A DNA stretch of 19,437 nt from Ginkgo biloba (Eukaryota > Plantae > Ginkgophyta), in NCBI GenBank assembly GCA_024626585.2, contig JANKJI020000002.1:170924766-170944202 (forward strand), given 5' to 3'. Below, in pieces: positions 1 to 10,872 of the stretch. Both the position numbers and the translations under genes were made by a program. The notes under the pieces were generated by a model, which was not told the origin of the DNA, did no database searches, and saw nothing but the letters and a program-made list of their open reading frames with translations. Within the stretch, counting starts at the first letter, position 1; each line of letters begins with the position of its first letter.

Positions 1-1131
1 ATAAGAGGATGACATTAAAGAAGATAAGAGCCATCAACAAGGTTCACACTGAACTCATGCAGCAGGGAACAGGTAAAGAAGATCTTAGATGGTTTCAAAC
101 ACAGATGCCATAAAAGAATAAAGGGCATGCCTTCAGTTCAACTCGAAAAGCTTAAGGACAAGTACAATTTCTGTTTTCCGTTTTGTTTGCCACATGTGTA
201 TATATGTTTATAAAATGCTATCTGACTCCCTTACACAAATATATAAGCTAGTATCCAAAGGACTGCATTGCTGGACTTATAAAACAGAAAAGTAAAGACA
301 AGCATCTAGTATCCTGAGACTTGCATGCAAATGACTTTAAACTAAAGTAGACATCAAGACTTATGCAACCGAGTGCATCTTTAACTTCCACAATACAAAC
401 TGAGTGGTCTACTTTAAAGAACCCTTGGGCTCCTTGAAAATGACTCCAGAGGTAGATGCTTCAGCCTGTTGTTTATTTAATGGTTATGAACTTTCCTTCT
501 TCATTCGTAGCTTCCTTGGTATTTGGAGTCTAGCCATGTCTGTTACCATGAACATAGAAACTATTATAGGGTGGTTACTCCTTGAATCAACTTCTTTTCA
601 TTTTTGGACAAATCAAAATACTATTTTATTATATATAAAGTGAAGATTACATCACAATGGCCCATTTATGGAGAGTGAGGCTATCACAGACCAAAGATGG
701 GCCTGCCCCATGATTTCTATGACTGACACTAACTATCAGGCAATTAGGCAATCAACATCCTAACTGAGAACAAATAGATATTTTGGTATGACCTTAACAC
801 AGGTTGACTATAACACTTTTACAAAAGCAGAAGAAGACAGGCCTGTGGTATCCCACTTTAGAACATTTATAAGTCTTCATCCATTGTAAGCTCTTCTCTG
901 AACACGTATCTGCAGAATTACCTTCAACATTTGTCTTGTGCCATAGAGCCTGGCTCAGGACCCATCTGGTTAAAGGGACATCCTTTAACTCAATATCATC
1001 ATTCTNNNNNNNNNNNNNNNNNNNNNNNNNNNNNNNNNNNNNNNNNNNNNNNNNNNNNNNNNNNNNNNNNNNNNNNNNNNNNNNNNNNNNNNNNNNNNNN
1101 NNNNNNNNNNNNNNNNNNNNNNNNNNNNNNT

Positions 1132-1290
1132 TTCTTCAACCATTTCTATGATCAAATGATACTACACATCAATATATTTTGATCTAGAATGAAAAGAAGG
1201 GTTATTTGTCAAACATATTTCACTTTGACAGGTATGATCATTCTATCATGTTCACACACAACTAGCAAAGGACCTTTAAGAATACCATTA
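1132..1290 (-). mobile_element. pol: Degenerate Ty1/copia pol fragment, RNase H C-terminal part
   Basis: Manual minus-strand translation of 1230->1132 gives CQSEICLTNNPSFHSRSKYIDV*YHLIIEMVEE, matching the copia RNase H motif D(S/N)QSAIxLxxNPxFHxRTKHIDxxYHFxRExVE. It has one in-frame stop and is cut by the N-gap at 1130. The extension to about 1290 (MVFLKVLC, compare AIWLKRLC, in another frame) is weaker. Confidence 0.85.
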
Positions 1291-2483
1291 TACCCATGAA
1301 GTGGATTAACGCTGTCAATTATATTGGTCAGTTATTCAAGCACCTCATCATCAAGAAGCAAGATTTTCCAAAGTGCTATATTCTGAATATCTCAGAAAGT
1401 AAGCATGCCTGAAACAAACAAACTTGAGTTTTGTAACATAATATTGGGCCACTGTGAGGTCTATCTGTCTTTATCGTCTCAGCCTTGTTTGCAATGGCTT
1501 GAGCTGCATGAGTACCCTCCACTTACATGTCAAGGAGGAGGAGGATGTTGCCTGGCAAGATTATATGCAACCTTGATTGGATCTCAAGATAAAGGTTTGG
1601 GAACTCATTAAAATGAGTATTCCAAAATTCTCAGGGCATTGTTAGACTCATTTATGGAATCAGGGAAAAGGTGGTGGCTAATAATGGACTGGATTGCAGT
1701 TGAAAAGTCCTAAACACATTATTTGGACCATCCTTATGTTACGGTGCACACATCTTCCAATGAAATACACATGTTTTGGAGATCCTTTTGCTGCTTCAAC
1801 TCCTCTTATGGTCTAACTGTGCTCTATAGTAGAAGGCACCTATGTCCTATGACTTTGCAGCACCCTCTTCTGTTTTTTAATCTGAATGCATTCAGTTGCT
1901 CTAGAGATATTGTAGAATTCCTCAGGAAAATGACCAATTTCTTTGGTGTTTTAAGGCTTTCAGCCACTAGTAAACCAGTGCAGCATTATTTACAGTGTTG
2001 TAGGACTCCTGAAAAATTTCCTTAAGTTTAGGATTGTGTCCTTTCCATTGTTCAGGAAAAATTCTTGTGGGATGGTACTGGAACCCATAGCACTATTGGA
2101 CGTTCTCCAAGGCAAACTTCTCTGCTCCATTTGTACAGACTTGGAGCATTTCTGTGCATTTCTTTGGGGCAACACAGGTCACACAGGAGCTTATCAATGC
2201 CATACTCCGTGCAAGTCTGTGGTTTTTGGCAGGCATTGCCTTGATGTCTTGACAAAGCTGACTTGTCAGCAGTGACTTTTTGAGGTACATTGTCTATTTA
2301 GAATGCGGAATATATGAGGACATTTTAAGTAGCCACAAGCAAGTAGTTTTCTAGTCGTAAGATTACAAGGACAGTTTTTATGTAAAGGACAGCTGACTTG
2401 AAAAATGAGATATTTTGAATCCTTTACCATGGAAAGATTGCACAAGCTGGAAAACAACTGATCTGCATTCTTTTGAATGTATC

Positions 2484-2526
2484 TTTAATGCATAATTTTT
2501 GTCTAAATGATGATCAAACAAGCTTT
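2484..2526 (+). repeat. Exact 43-bp direct repeat, copy 1 (ends at contig edge)
   Basis: TTTAATGCATAATTTTTGTCTAAATGATGATCAAACAAGCTTT is identical to 4478-4520. Confidence 0.97.
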
Positions 2527-3329
2527 NNNNNNNNNNNNNNNNNNNNNNNNNNNNNNNNNNNNNNNNNNNNNNNNNNNNNNNNNNNNNNNNNNNNNNNNNN
2601 NNNNNNNNNNNNNNNNNNNNNNNNNNCTTGAAGACATAGGTTCATAATGATAGAATATAACAGAGTTAGTAGTTTTGCTCTTGTTTTTATTTGGCTAAGT
2701 GATTAATGATTTTTTTCTTCTGAATTTAAAGTTCTTGATAACTATCGGTCTAATAATTTTTATCTTCTGAATAGAGTGGTGGAGGTAGTTTTACTACCTC
2801 CTTCACCATCACAAGTTAATGAACTCACAGATTAATATTTTATGGATGATTGCTGAAAAATGGCCACCACTTAGCTAGGTACTAAAATGGAAAGATTCCA
2901 TGCATGTTTAAACTAACCTATGATAACCTCACAAATAATAAACTATGGAAATAATAAGTATGACTTGAATTAGTAATATTCCCTTGCACATATATTATCT
3001 ATAATTGTCCATAAGCTAAATAAAGAAAGAGAAGTTAGTGAGAGAAAACCCAATATAGTAAAAACTCTTGAATAAGTTCCCTATGGTCATATCCACTTCA
3101 ATAAGATTGACTCCATAGAACCAAGAGATATCTCTCCATGGCACAACATTTAGTGAATGAATCTACATTGATGGTTTGAGTGGTTAGGATTAGGGTTAGG
3201 GTTATGGAAGGTCATCACCTTTAAGGTTTTATGAGGGAGAAGAAATTTTTTCCTAGGCTTAGGCAACATACTTCTTTATCCTTTTAAATAAAATTTCTCC
3301 CTATAGGGATACTGGCCTATCTCAACTCT

Positions 3330-4485
3330 TCAAAGGAAACATTTTTTTAGAAATTCTCCATTTATTGGATTGGGGAGATTCCTTGCTTCCATATCGCTCA
3401 ACTCGTATGTGCCATTATAGAAGGAAAATAAAATTTGGTGCAAGCCTTCCTAAGCACTTTAAAACTTCCATAAGTTCTTTTCTCATTCCTTGATCCAAAG
3501 GAAAACCAAGTCACCCATGGCCAATTCATGGTGTTTCACTTACACCTAAACCATTTTTCCTACCTCTTTAGGCTTTCCTTGACATGTTGTTGAGAGGAAA
3601 TTATTTTCTCTTCAAGGGATAGCAAGGCTTCTAACCTCACTATAGGGGGTCTTCTAATGAGAACTCTCCACTTGTAAGAATATCTTGAAGAGATAAGATT
3701 TCTAATTGAATAGCGAGGATTCCTTCCAATCCCTAAACCAATAAGAATAAAGTATCTTATATTGAACCCTTAAATGCGGTGCAATATGCTCAAAGGGATG
3801 AAAAGAGGAGAGTATACCAACTTTGCTTATGTTGATCCACTATGAATTTCAAAATGCAGATCAGGGTTTTGTTGGTACTTTTCACTAATCTATTTCCTTG
3901 GGGATGGTAGGATGAGGAGAATTGATGTTTGATTTAAAGTAGTTCCATAAGCCTTTTCACCAATGGACTAATGAATTAGGTGCTATGATATATGACAATA
4001 TCTAATGGTACACCAAAATGGAACACGATCCATTGCTAGATGAAATCAATGGTAGTCTCTTTGTCAATCATCTTAAGTGGGATTTCTTCTACCCATTTTG
4101 TCATATAATTAGTGGACATCACTATATAGAAATAACTAGCACTTGAAGTTGAGTTAATGGGTCAAATAAAATCGATGCCCCATTTCATGAAGGCATGGGA
4201 TGAAGTGGAATACTTGCCCCATATGTTGGGAGGAAAAAAAATGGCACTCCCAACAACGTCTCACAAAAAAGTTCACATCCATAAATAAGGTTGTCCAAAA
4301 GTAACCACACCTTTAGATCCTATGTGCAGTGACATCAATTATATAATGGCCTCCACAAAGGCCACTATGGAAAGATTATAATACTAGCTCAACTTCCTCC
4401 TCTAAGAGGCACTAAAGGAGAATTCCATACACATGGCGATAGTATTAGGATCCTCTCAAGATCACATACTTGGTGAATTTAATGC
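3330..4485 (-). mobile_element. pol: Degenerate Ty3/gypsy integrase without chromodomain (Athila/Tat-type non-chromovirus), 5'-truncated pol end
   Basis: Minus-strand translation shows the HHCC zinc finger FHSGLCGGHY...TAHRI*RCGYFWTTLFMDVNFFVRRCWECH (4369-4244), the core AFMKWGIDFI*PINSTSS...TNYMTKWVEEIPL...FGVPLDIVIYHST*F...SSSYHPQGNRLVKSTNKTLICIL...L*AYCTAFK...AIQLEILSL, and the C-terminus GDLVFL...NGTYELSDMEARNLPNPINGEFLKKCFL* (TGA at 3332-3330). Many stops and frameshifts. Confidence 0.95.
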
Positions 4486-4520
4486 ATAATTTTTGTCTAA
4501 ATGATGATCAAACAAGCTTT
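4478..4520 (+). repeat. Exact 43-bp direct repeat, copy 2 (at the integrase truncation junction)
   Basis: Identical to 2484-2526; gypsy pol similarity stops at this point. Confidence 0.97.
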
Positions 4521-5974
4521 GGACTCGAGCAATGATTTAGAAGATCCATTTCAAAACTACAATTAACAGGTCCTTCTGAAATCTGCACCCAAAAGTAGCA
4601 GAATTTTGTGTGTTGTGGAGGCATCACCAAAATGTCTCATTGCAGGATACAATAATCAAATTCAATGATGCAATAGCCATCATAAAAAGCAGTTCAAAGT
4701 CTATAAAACACAAAGTAAATTCTACCCAGAAGACACCAACTCTAGAATATTTAGTACAATCACCATACATTTCAGATTGGCAAAGAATATCATTAACCAG
4801 GTTTTGGCACCCTGTCTCAGCAACAATTTTAGACAGAACATCAGGATGAACCAATGAAGAAAGACAACTGCAGACTCGCACAAATCAAACTGTTCACACA
4901 CATGGACCAAAAAGCATAAGGTGGAACCAATAAGCCAGTGTGTTGACCCCATTATGAGTCCCCTTTCTTTTTAGCTTTGGTTTGAATTCCTTCACGTCGA
5001 AGTGTTTTTTGTATTAAGGCCAATCCCATGATTTAGTTCTTTTTCCTTTCTTTAATCTTGGTATAATCTCCACATGTATAAAAAGTGGGTTCCAAAAATT
5101 CCTAAGTTTGTCCAAGTGTGGATTTGCGTACCTTTATAAATTTCTTTCCTCATCCCCCATAGGTGTCAAATGGATTCACATATGAAGGAAATGACATTAA
5201 GATGCACAAGGAGGAATAATAAAAACCTTTAAAGTGTGACAACCCTTATTAAGTGAATATACTTTGGGAAAACTTCTCTTAGGATTTTGTGCTTCTAAGT
5301 TTTACACTTCAAGATTTTGAACTTTGGGAATTTGAACTTTGGATAAGTGGCTTTGAAAAGGAAATACTCCTAAGTTAAATATATTGAACTATCATCACTA
5401 AATCATTTCAAAAGAGTACACATTTGACAAGGTTCTTGTCATGTTAAANNNNNNNNNNNNNNNNNNNNNNNNNNNNNNNNNNNNNNNNNNNNNNNNNNNN
5501 NNNNNNNNNNNNNNNNNNNNNNNNNNNNNNNNNNNNNNNNNNNNNNNNGAGCACCACGACTCGATGTTAATAGGGGTGAAGAATCCCACAAATGAATGAC
5601 TGAGGGTTTGTATCTCTAAGCTTGCAACTCCATTGACAAAGAGTTTGGTGGGTGATGGGCTTCATAAACCACTCCATTCTCGAGACTAGCACCAATGAGA
5701 AAAAAACAATAAAGTTATTTTATGAACTTCTATATAGTAACAAAAAAGAAGAGTGATGTATAAGTTTTGTTTCACTGGAGTCATTAAGTACATACTGTGA
5801 GAGGCATTTTAAGATTCAACAACTACCTCTTGAAATTTGGGAAGCCTTCTCTTAATTACTAGGAGAGAAGAATGATCTCACATAAGATATGAGTCGAGTT
5901 ACTTCAATTTTGATTGTTATTCCAACTATTTTGAGAGATTGTTATTGTGTCACTTTTGGTAGTTCTTGAAAGAA

Positions 5975-5990
5975 TATATATATATATATA
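5975..5990. repeat. (TA)8 microsatellite
   Basis: TATATATATATATATA read directly. Confidence 0.95.
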
Positions 5991-7383
5991 AAATTCTGGA
6001 GAATTGATGAAAAGGAGGGAGTTTCTATACTATGTTATCTAATGAGGAGAAATGTTTTTAGCCTTATTCTTCTAGTTATGCTATAACATATTCCTTGTAA
6101 ATTTTTTCTCTATTAAAATGTGATATTAATTTCCTTTATGTATTCATCTAGTAATGTCGTTGAATATCATAAGTAAATACATTCTCATATATTATTTTGC
6201 ATGATTTGTGTAGAAATGCCGTCATAGTAACTACTACGTACTGTATCAAGTTACTCCCCAGAGCTAAAAGTAACTTGAAGAAATTTCACTCCTAATGTGT
6301 GAGATCTACTTAAAAGGGCATCCAGAATTTATTGTTCCTGATACTTTCCAATATATTGTACGTTTCATATCTACTATTAAAGTTGGAGGTCTGGTCATGT
6401 CGTCATACTGGTTTTAATGGCAGACGTTTTGAACCTACTTGTTTCTTTGTTGTCTTTTACCTTGTACTGTTTTGTTTTCTCTTTATCAAAATCTTACAAA
6501 TAGCAAAGTCTTCAAGTCTTTTTTTGTACATACTAAATATAAATACCACCCAACTCAGTATAGCTTTTAGATTTCATTGAATAAGAAAAAACACTCCCAT
6601 CACAAAGCGGATTTGTGCCTATTACGATCAAATTGTNNNNNNNNNNNNNNNNNNNNNNNNNNNNNNNNNNNNNNNNNNNNNNNNNNNNNNNNNNNNNNNN
6701 NNNNNNNNNNNNNNNNNNNNNNNNNNNNNNNNNNNNCCACTAGGGCCCTTTGCCAAAGCCCCACCTGCACCACCTGATGACGACACACCTCCTCCTGCAC
6801 TCACAGCTACGAAGGGGCCACCACCCCCAACTCCTTGGCTTGACGCCATCAATGTACCACCTTCCCCTGTATCCTAAGTTGTAGAAGCTCTGCCCCCATT
6901 CAAAGCCTTGCGTGTCTTGGGTTTGTAGAGAGGGCAATCTCTGATTAAATGATCCTGAGCCTAACATGCGAAGCAGGCATTTGGAAGATTCAGATAACGA
7001 AATTGCTACTATCGGACTCCATCTACGATGCAAACTAAGATAAAAGGAGGACGCTTTTGTTTCATATCCACCTCCACACATACCCCCTCGGGTTTGCCCG
7101 AAACGAATTCTGTCGGCCATCTGAAATGAGAATTTTGCCAAACCTGTGGGCAAACAAGTCGACAAAGGGGCGCATATCTGTAGGTAAGACTAGGAACTCT
7201 AACCAGAGAGGGAAATGGGCCTAACTGCGATCCTCTAGGTTGAAGTCCGCTCTCCATGACTGAACATAAGTAAGAGATCCAACTATATTCCAGGTCCCAA
7301 ATTGTAACACATGGTGGGCATTGGCATCTGAGTTAAACAGAAGGCAAACATATTTCAATCCCAAACCCCAGTATTAGTTTGAG

Positions 7384-7453
7384 GAGATCCCCTTGGCTTC
7401 TCAGTTCAGCGTGCACCATCTGTTAAAGTCTTCGAAGAGATCCCCTTGGCTTC
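7384..7453 (+). repeat. 17-bp direct repeat pair inside LINE ORF1 (spacing 53 bp)
   Basis: GAGATCCCCTTGGCTTC at 7384-7400 and 7437-7453. Confidence 0.9.
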
Positions 7454-8247
7454 CCAATTTCAAAAAGAACAGTATAATCCCCCGTGTCTCTAGATGCATG
7501 CACCCTTCAAAGTATTCCTTGTTATCTATAAGGAAAAAATTGAAGTCTTATGGGTCCACTGTGGGGTTATTGATTGTGGTTTGTTCATGTTGCTCCTCAC
7601 TCTAAGATTGACCTGCCGGCACTAATTTTTTTGTAGACGCATGCTCCCCTTCTCCCATCGCCACCTCCGGGCCTGGGACCCCCTAAACCTGGTATGCAAC
7701 TTGTGGGTCATCTACTGACATGAACTCATTTGCATTTGGCACCACCTCCAGTTCTTTCTTGATTGCAGCCCCATTCCCTGCTGAGGGAAGAGATGGCCAT
7801 TCCTCCTTGGGCTTGTGGAAGCCAAGCATTCCGATGTTCGTAAATTTAGCATTTAATGATCTTACCACGGCTCGTACCGACCCATCACCTTCTGAATAGT
7901 TCAAAGGAATGAACTCTTCAGGATGCCGATCTTGGGACAAACTTCCTCTCTGGTATACGCTATCCACTTTAGACCAGCCTCTGTCTCCAATCTATCCTCC
8001 TTGCTGAGTATTGAGGTCTTTATGCATCTGCATCCCCTCTTGGTCGGTGACATTTTTCTGTGGTTGAAAAATTTCGTCACTAATTCGGATTCCCTCATTG
8101 GTTGCCCGAGAGCCTGCAGTTGTTCTTGTTATGAATATTCTTGTGTCTTCATTACCTGTACCTGAACGGGCTTCAAGTGGTGCAAATGCATCGTTGTTGT
8201 GGACTGCGTCTACTTCCTTCCCGTTGGGTTCCTCTATTTCCCTTTTT

Positions 8248-8430
8248 CACCTGCGCGGGGCTCATCAAGCGCACAGGTGTCACGCCTAACAACCCCAGGC
8301 CCCGTGCGGGGTTCATCACCCGCAAGTCTGCCCTCCTTGGCCCTCGTGCGGGACTCCCCAACAGCGCAGGGCTCCACCCTACTGACACCAGGCCCCGCGT
8401 GGGGCTCCAAGCCAAAGCGAGACTCCCCGA
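8248..8430 (-). repeat. GC-rich imperfect repeat array encoding E-[PS]-[RHC]-x-[GRV] peptides upstream of the ORF1 core
   Basis: About six related units (CCTGCGCGGGGCTC, CCCGTGCGGGGTTC, CTCGTGCGGGACTC, CAGCGCAGGGCTC, CCCGCGTGGGGCTC, AAAGCGAGACTC). ORF 8234..8515(-) reads ESRFG, EPHAGPG, EPCAVG, ESRTR, EPRTGPG, EPRAG. Confidence 0.75.
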
Positions 8431-8968
8431 GCTTCCCGCCTACATACTCCACAGACCCCATGGCTCCTCCACCACCTTCTCCATCCACTCTTCTCACATA
8501 CAGTGAAGAGCACATCTCGAACAGGACACATGGCTATTAGCCATTGCAAACCATGAACTCCCGCACTCCATTTGGCCCTTGTAGGGTGATCATGATCTTC
8601 CTTAGAGTTGCAAAAATGCTACCCGGTGTTTCCCGACGAGGCAACTCGACCCCCGTTGTCGTCGAACTTCTTATGCATCTACATAATCGCCACTACTCCC
8701 GTCAGCTCAATGATCCAAAGAAAGTTAGCATTACCCTAGAAACTGGGCCATCACTGTGAGAAAAAAAGACATGCAGTCATCGCCCTAAAACCCCTGCATT
8801 CTAAGCAAAATATGAGCATTGGAGATGAAACCCTCAAATGGATGCCATCACCTCCTATAGCCACCAACTGCTCAACTAGCTCAACAACCACATATTCCCA
8901 GTCAAACCCCATTTTGCAAACAAAGCCCATGCTTTCAAAGTTGCAAACCTCTTCCTCGACCAAATCTT

Positions 8969-8980
8969 GCTCGGATACCA
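8969..8980 (-). promoter_or_regulatory. Primer-binding site complementary to the tRNA-iMet 3' end
   Basis: Minus strand TGGTATCCGAGC, 11/12 match to canonical TGGTATCAGAGC, directly abutting an LTR end (...TTTCTACA). Confidence 0.85.
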
Positions 8981-9184
8981 TGTAGAAACATGTAAGGAAG
9001 AGCAGAAAATAAGAATGACATTTGAATATTTCTCACATCCTTCATTCATTCAAACAGGTCATTTACATACGATTTTGTGTAATTGTCTTCAATTATTGGA
9101 TAGTTAACCTATCAACTAATTAATACTATTATATTAAGTATTACAATATTTATTATTGACCCTAAATGGACATTATTTCTAACA
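8981..9184 (-). mobile_element. 5' LTR (204 bp) of a probably copia-type LTR retrotransposon
   Basis: Minus strand runs TGTTAGAAAT...GTTTCTACA, with TG..CA termini, an imperfect terminal inverted repeat (TGTTAGAAA / TGTAGAAA) and the PBS immediately after. Superfamily is inferred only from the short LTR and iMet PBS. Confidence 0.75.
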
Positions 9185-10518
9185 CATATTTGGTACATTC
9201 AATTGATTAAGTATAATGCCAATAACAATTAATATTACATTTTAATTTTTTCAAATTTGGATCAATGGATATATGTGGATAAGTGGTAGATGAATGTTTG
9301 GACACTTTAGCCTCCTACTCGTCCCTTTATATTCTTAGTATTAAATCTAATTCTATAAAATTATTCACAAAGTAACATTTTGCCATGCGGGGATGGATGT
9401 ACTTTTATATTTCATCCCTTTTTGGATACAATAGTAAGGATATAGAGATATATCGGTTGCTATTCTATAGTGTCATTATCCTATAGTATTCGTTGACCAA
9501 TAATATTCAATAGAGGTGGATGGATGTACACTCCTAATTTTCATACTACTAAAATAATAAGTCTGAGCAACATGAAAAAATATTATAATATTCCCTTCTC
9601 CACCAGCACACTGATGCTCAAAATTTTATTGCGATTGCCCGTTGGCGAAGCGTGATGTGATCAGTAGGTCATGCTGATGCTATGAATTGAATTGTGATGC
9701 AATCAGAAGTTGACACNNNNNNNNNNNNNNNNNNNNNNNNNNNNNNNNNNNNNNNNNNNNNNNNNNNNNNNNNNNNNNNNNNNNNNNNNNNNNNNNNNNN
9801 NNNNNNNNNNNNNNNNATGACATCGTGCTCCATGTTTTTAAAATACATTACTTGCATGGATGTTAGGAAGATTTATTCGCCACTGTGGATGGTAGGTTGT
9901 TACCTACACCAATGCCTATCAACAAGATGCTTATTGTAAATGCATGCATTAGTGGATTCCAATGAGATGTTTGGTATGACCATGCATCGATCGATTTTGG
10001 TGGAATGCTTTGGATAGCTTGAATTCCTCATGGAATTCTGTAGATTAGTGGAATGAGAAGTGATTCTTCGGTAACTCAGAATAACGGGGGTACCTTGCAT
10101 TAGAAGGATGGGATACTTGACATTGATGCACTTATAAATCCACATTGTTGGGTGCTCCTTGCACATGTAGGGACGTTTGTTTGGGGAGGAATTTAGGATG
10201 GAAAAGAATTAAATATGACTAATGAATACTTTGCATTTGTGTTGTCAATATGCCTGTAAGCTTGTGGGATGGTTCTTGAATGCCTATGAATGGGGGAAGT
10301 TGTACATACCTCGTCAAGGTTCTGGGAACTAGCAAAATGTTGAGAAACTAAATCAATTGGTATACTAGAATTCAATGGAAAGGGATCTGAGTATAATTCA
10401 AATTTTACAAATCGGCAATTGAGCAATACTTTCTTGGAAGATGCTAATGGTGCATTTCTCATGATGGTGTGACTTTGGTTTGTGGGACAAAAATTGACTA
10501 TAAATTTGTAGAGAACCT

Positions 10519-10872
10519 TGGTGTGAATCTTCAACAATCTCCAACAATGAACACACAAATCAACAAGCTCAAGAACTTGGTTGGCAAAATATGGACTCAA
10601 TAGATTATAGCCATTTCGAGGGTTGAACCTCCCAAGTACAAAAGTACAATAATAACAATAAGCATGTCTCGTATGAGTTCACAAGAAGAATATATAGAAG
10701 AAAGATACCTTACATGTGTGACACATGTCCTTCATGCAAAAGGTTTACAAATATAGAAGAAAGTAAGAAAGAGGTAGGTGAGAGAGAAGAATGAGATATG
10801 AACAGACTAAGGGTTTGAGTTCATAACAGTACATAACAAGAATGTAACAAGTGGACCTTTAAACCTACATCA
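10519..10872 (-). mobile_element. Probable isolated LTR (about 354 bp)
   Basis: Minus strand TGATGTAGG...GATTCACACCA with TG..CA ends and an imperfect inverted repeat, an internal CTATATAT TATA-like box and a GT-rich U5-like tail. No target-site duplication (flanks AACCT / TAAAG), PBS or PPT found. Confidence 0.5.

Larger units (their letters stand above)
6737..8460 (-). mobile_element. Degenerate non-LTR retrotransposon (L1-clade LINE) ORF1: DUF4283-type region plus CX2CX4HX4C zinc knuckle
   Basis: Minus-strand translation across stops and frameshifts: FEDFNRWCTLN*EAKGI...GLKYVCLLFNSDANAHHVLQFGTWNIVGSLTYVQSWRADFNLEDRS*AHFPLWLEFLVLP...FGKIL...NPR/VCVEVDMK...QFRYLNLPNACFAC*AQDHLIRDCP (knuckle at 6975-6934), then a Gly/Ser-rich tail. 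This motif order (W..DF, P.W..F..LP, G.., R.CVEVD, Y..LP..C..C....H....C) is the plant L1 ORF1 signature. The 5' boundary is uncertain (8450-8750) and the 3' part is lost in the gap. Confidence 0.88.

Noticed and set aside
243-360. Weak 58-bp period duplication (CTAGTATCC at 248 and 306) and LTR-like composition of 1-400
   Set aside because: Similarity is patchy and no terminus, PBS or PPT could be placed.
1409-1526. Minus-strand GTAAGT...TTTCAG intron-like segment
   Set aside because: The flanking putative exons contain stops and give no recognisable protein; such motifs occur by chance.
2781-2801. Perfect 9-bp hairpin GGAGGTAGT-TTT-ACTACCTCC
   Set aside because: Short and isolated; bacterial-type terminators are irrelevant here and it is too small for a miRNA precursor or MITE.
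3184-3204. Telomere-like TTAGGATTAGGGTTAGGGTTA
   Set aside because: Only about 3.5 imperfect units. Such motifs are common in plant retroelements and it could encode PNPNPN on the minus strand; not an interstitial telomere array.
4941-5448. Possible LTR starting TGTTGACCCC
   Set aside because: There is a composition shift and a TG start, but no end, PPT, PBS or partner; truncated by the gap.
8141-8540. Plus-strand ORFs of 113-121 aa
   Set aside because: Shadow ORFs of a GC-rich repeat block; no domain or gene structure.
8751-8981. 76-aa ORF MVSEQDL... as gag
   Set aside because: The ATG-GTA-TCC-GAG start is simply the LTR end plus PBS; no gag motifs are present.
10220-10310. Plus-strand NEYFAFVLSICL*ACGMVLECL*MGEVVH, resembling part of a PLS-type PPR motif
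   Set aside because: A single weak motif with two stops and no neighbouring repeats; needs an HMM search to be credible.
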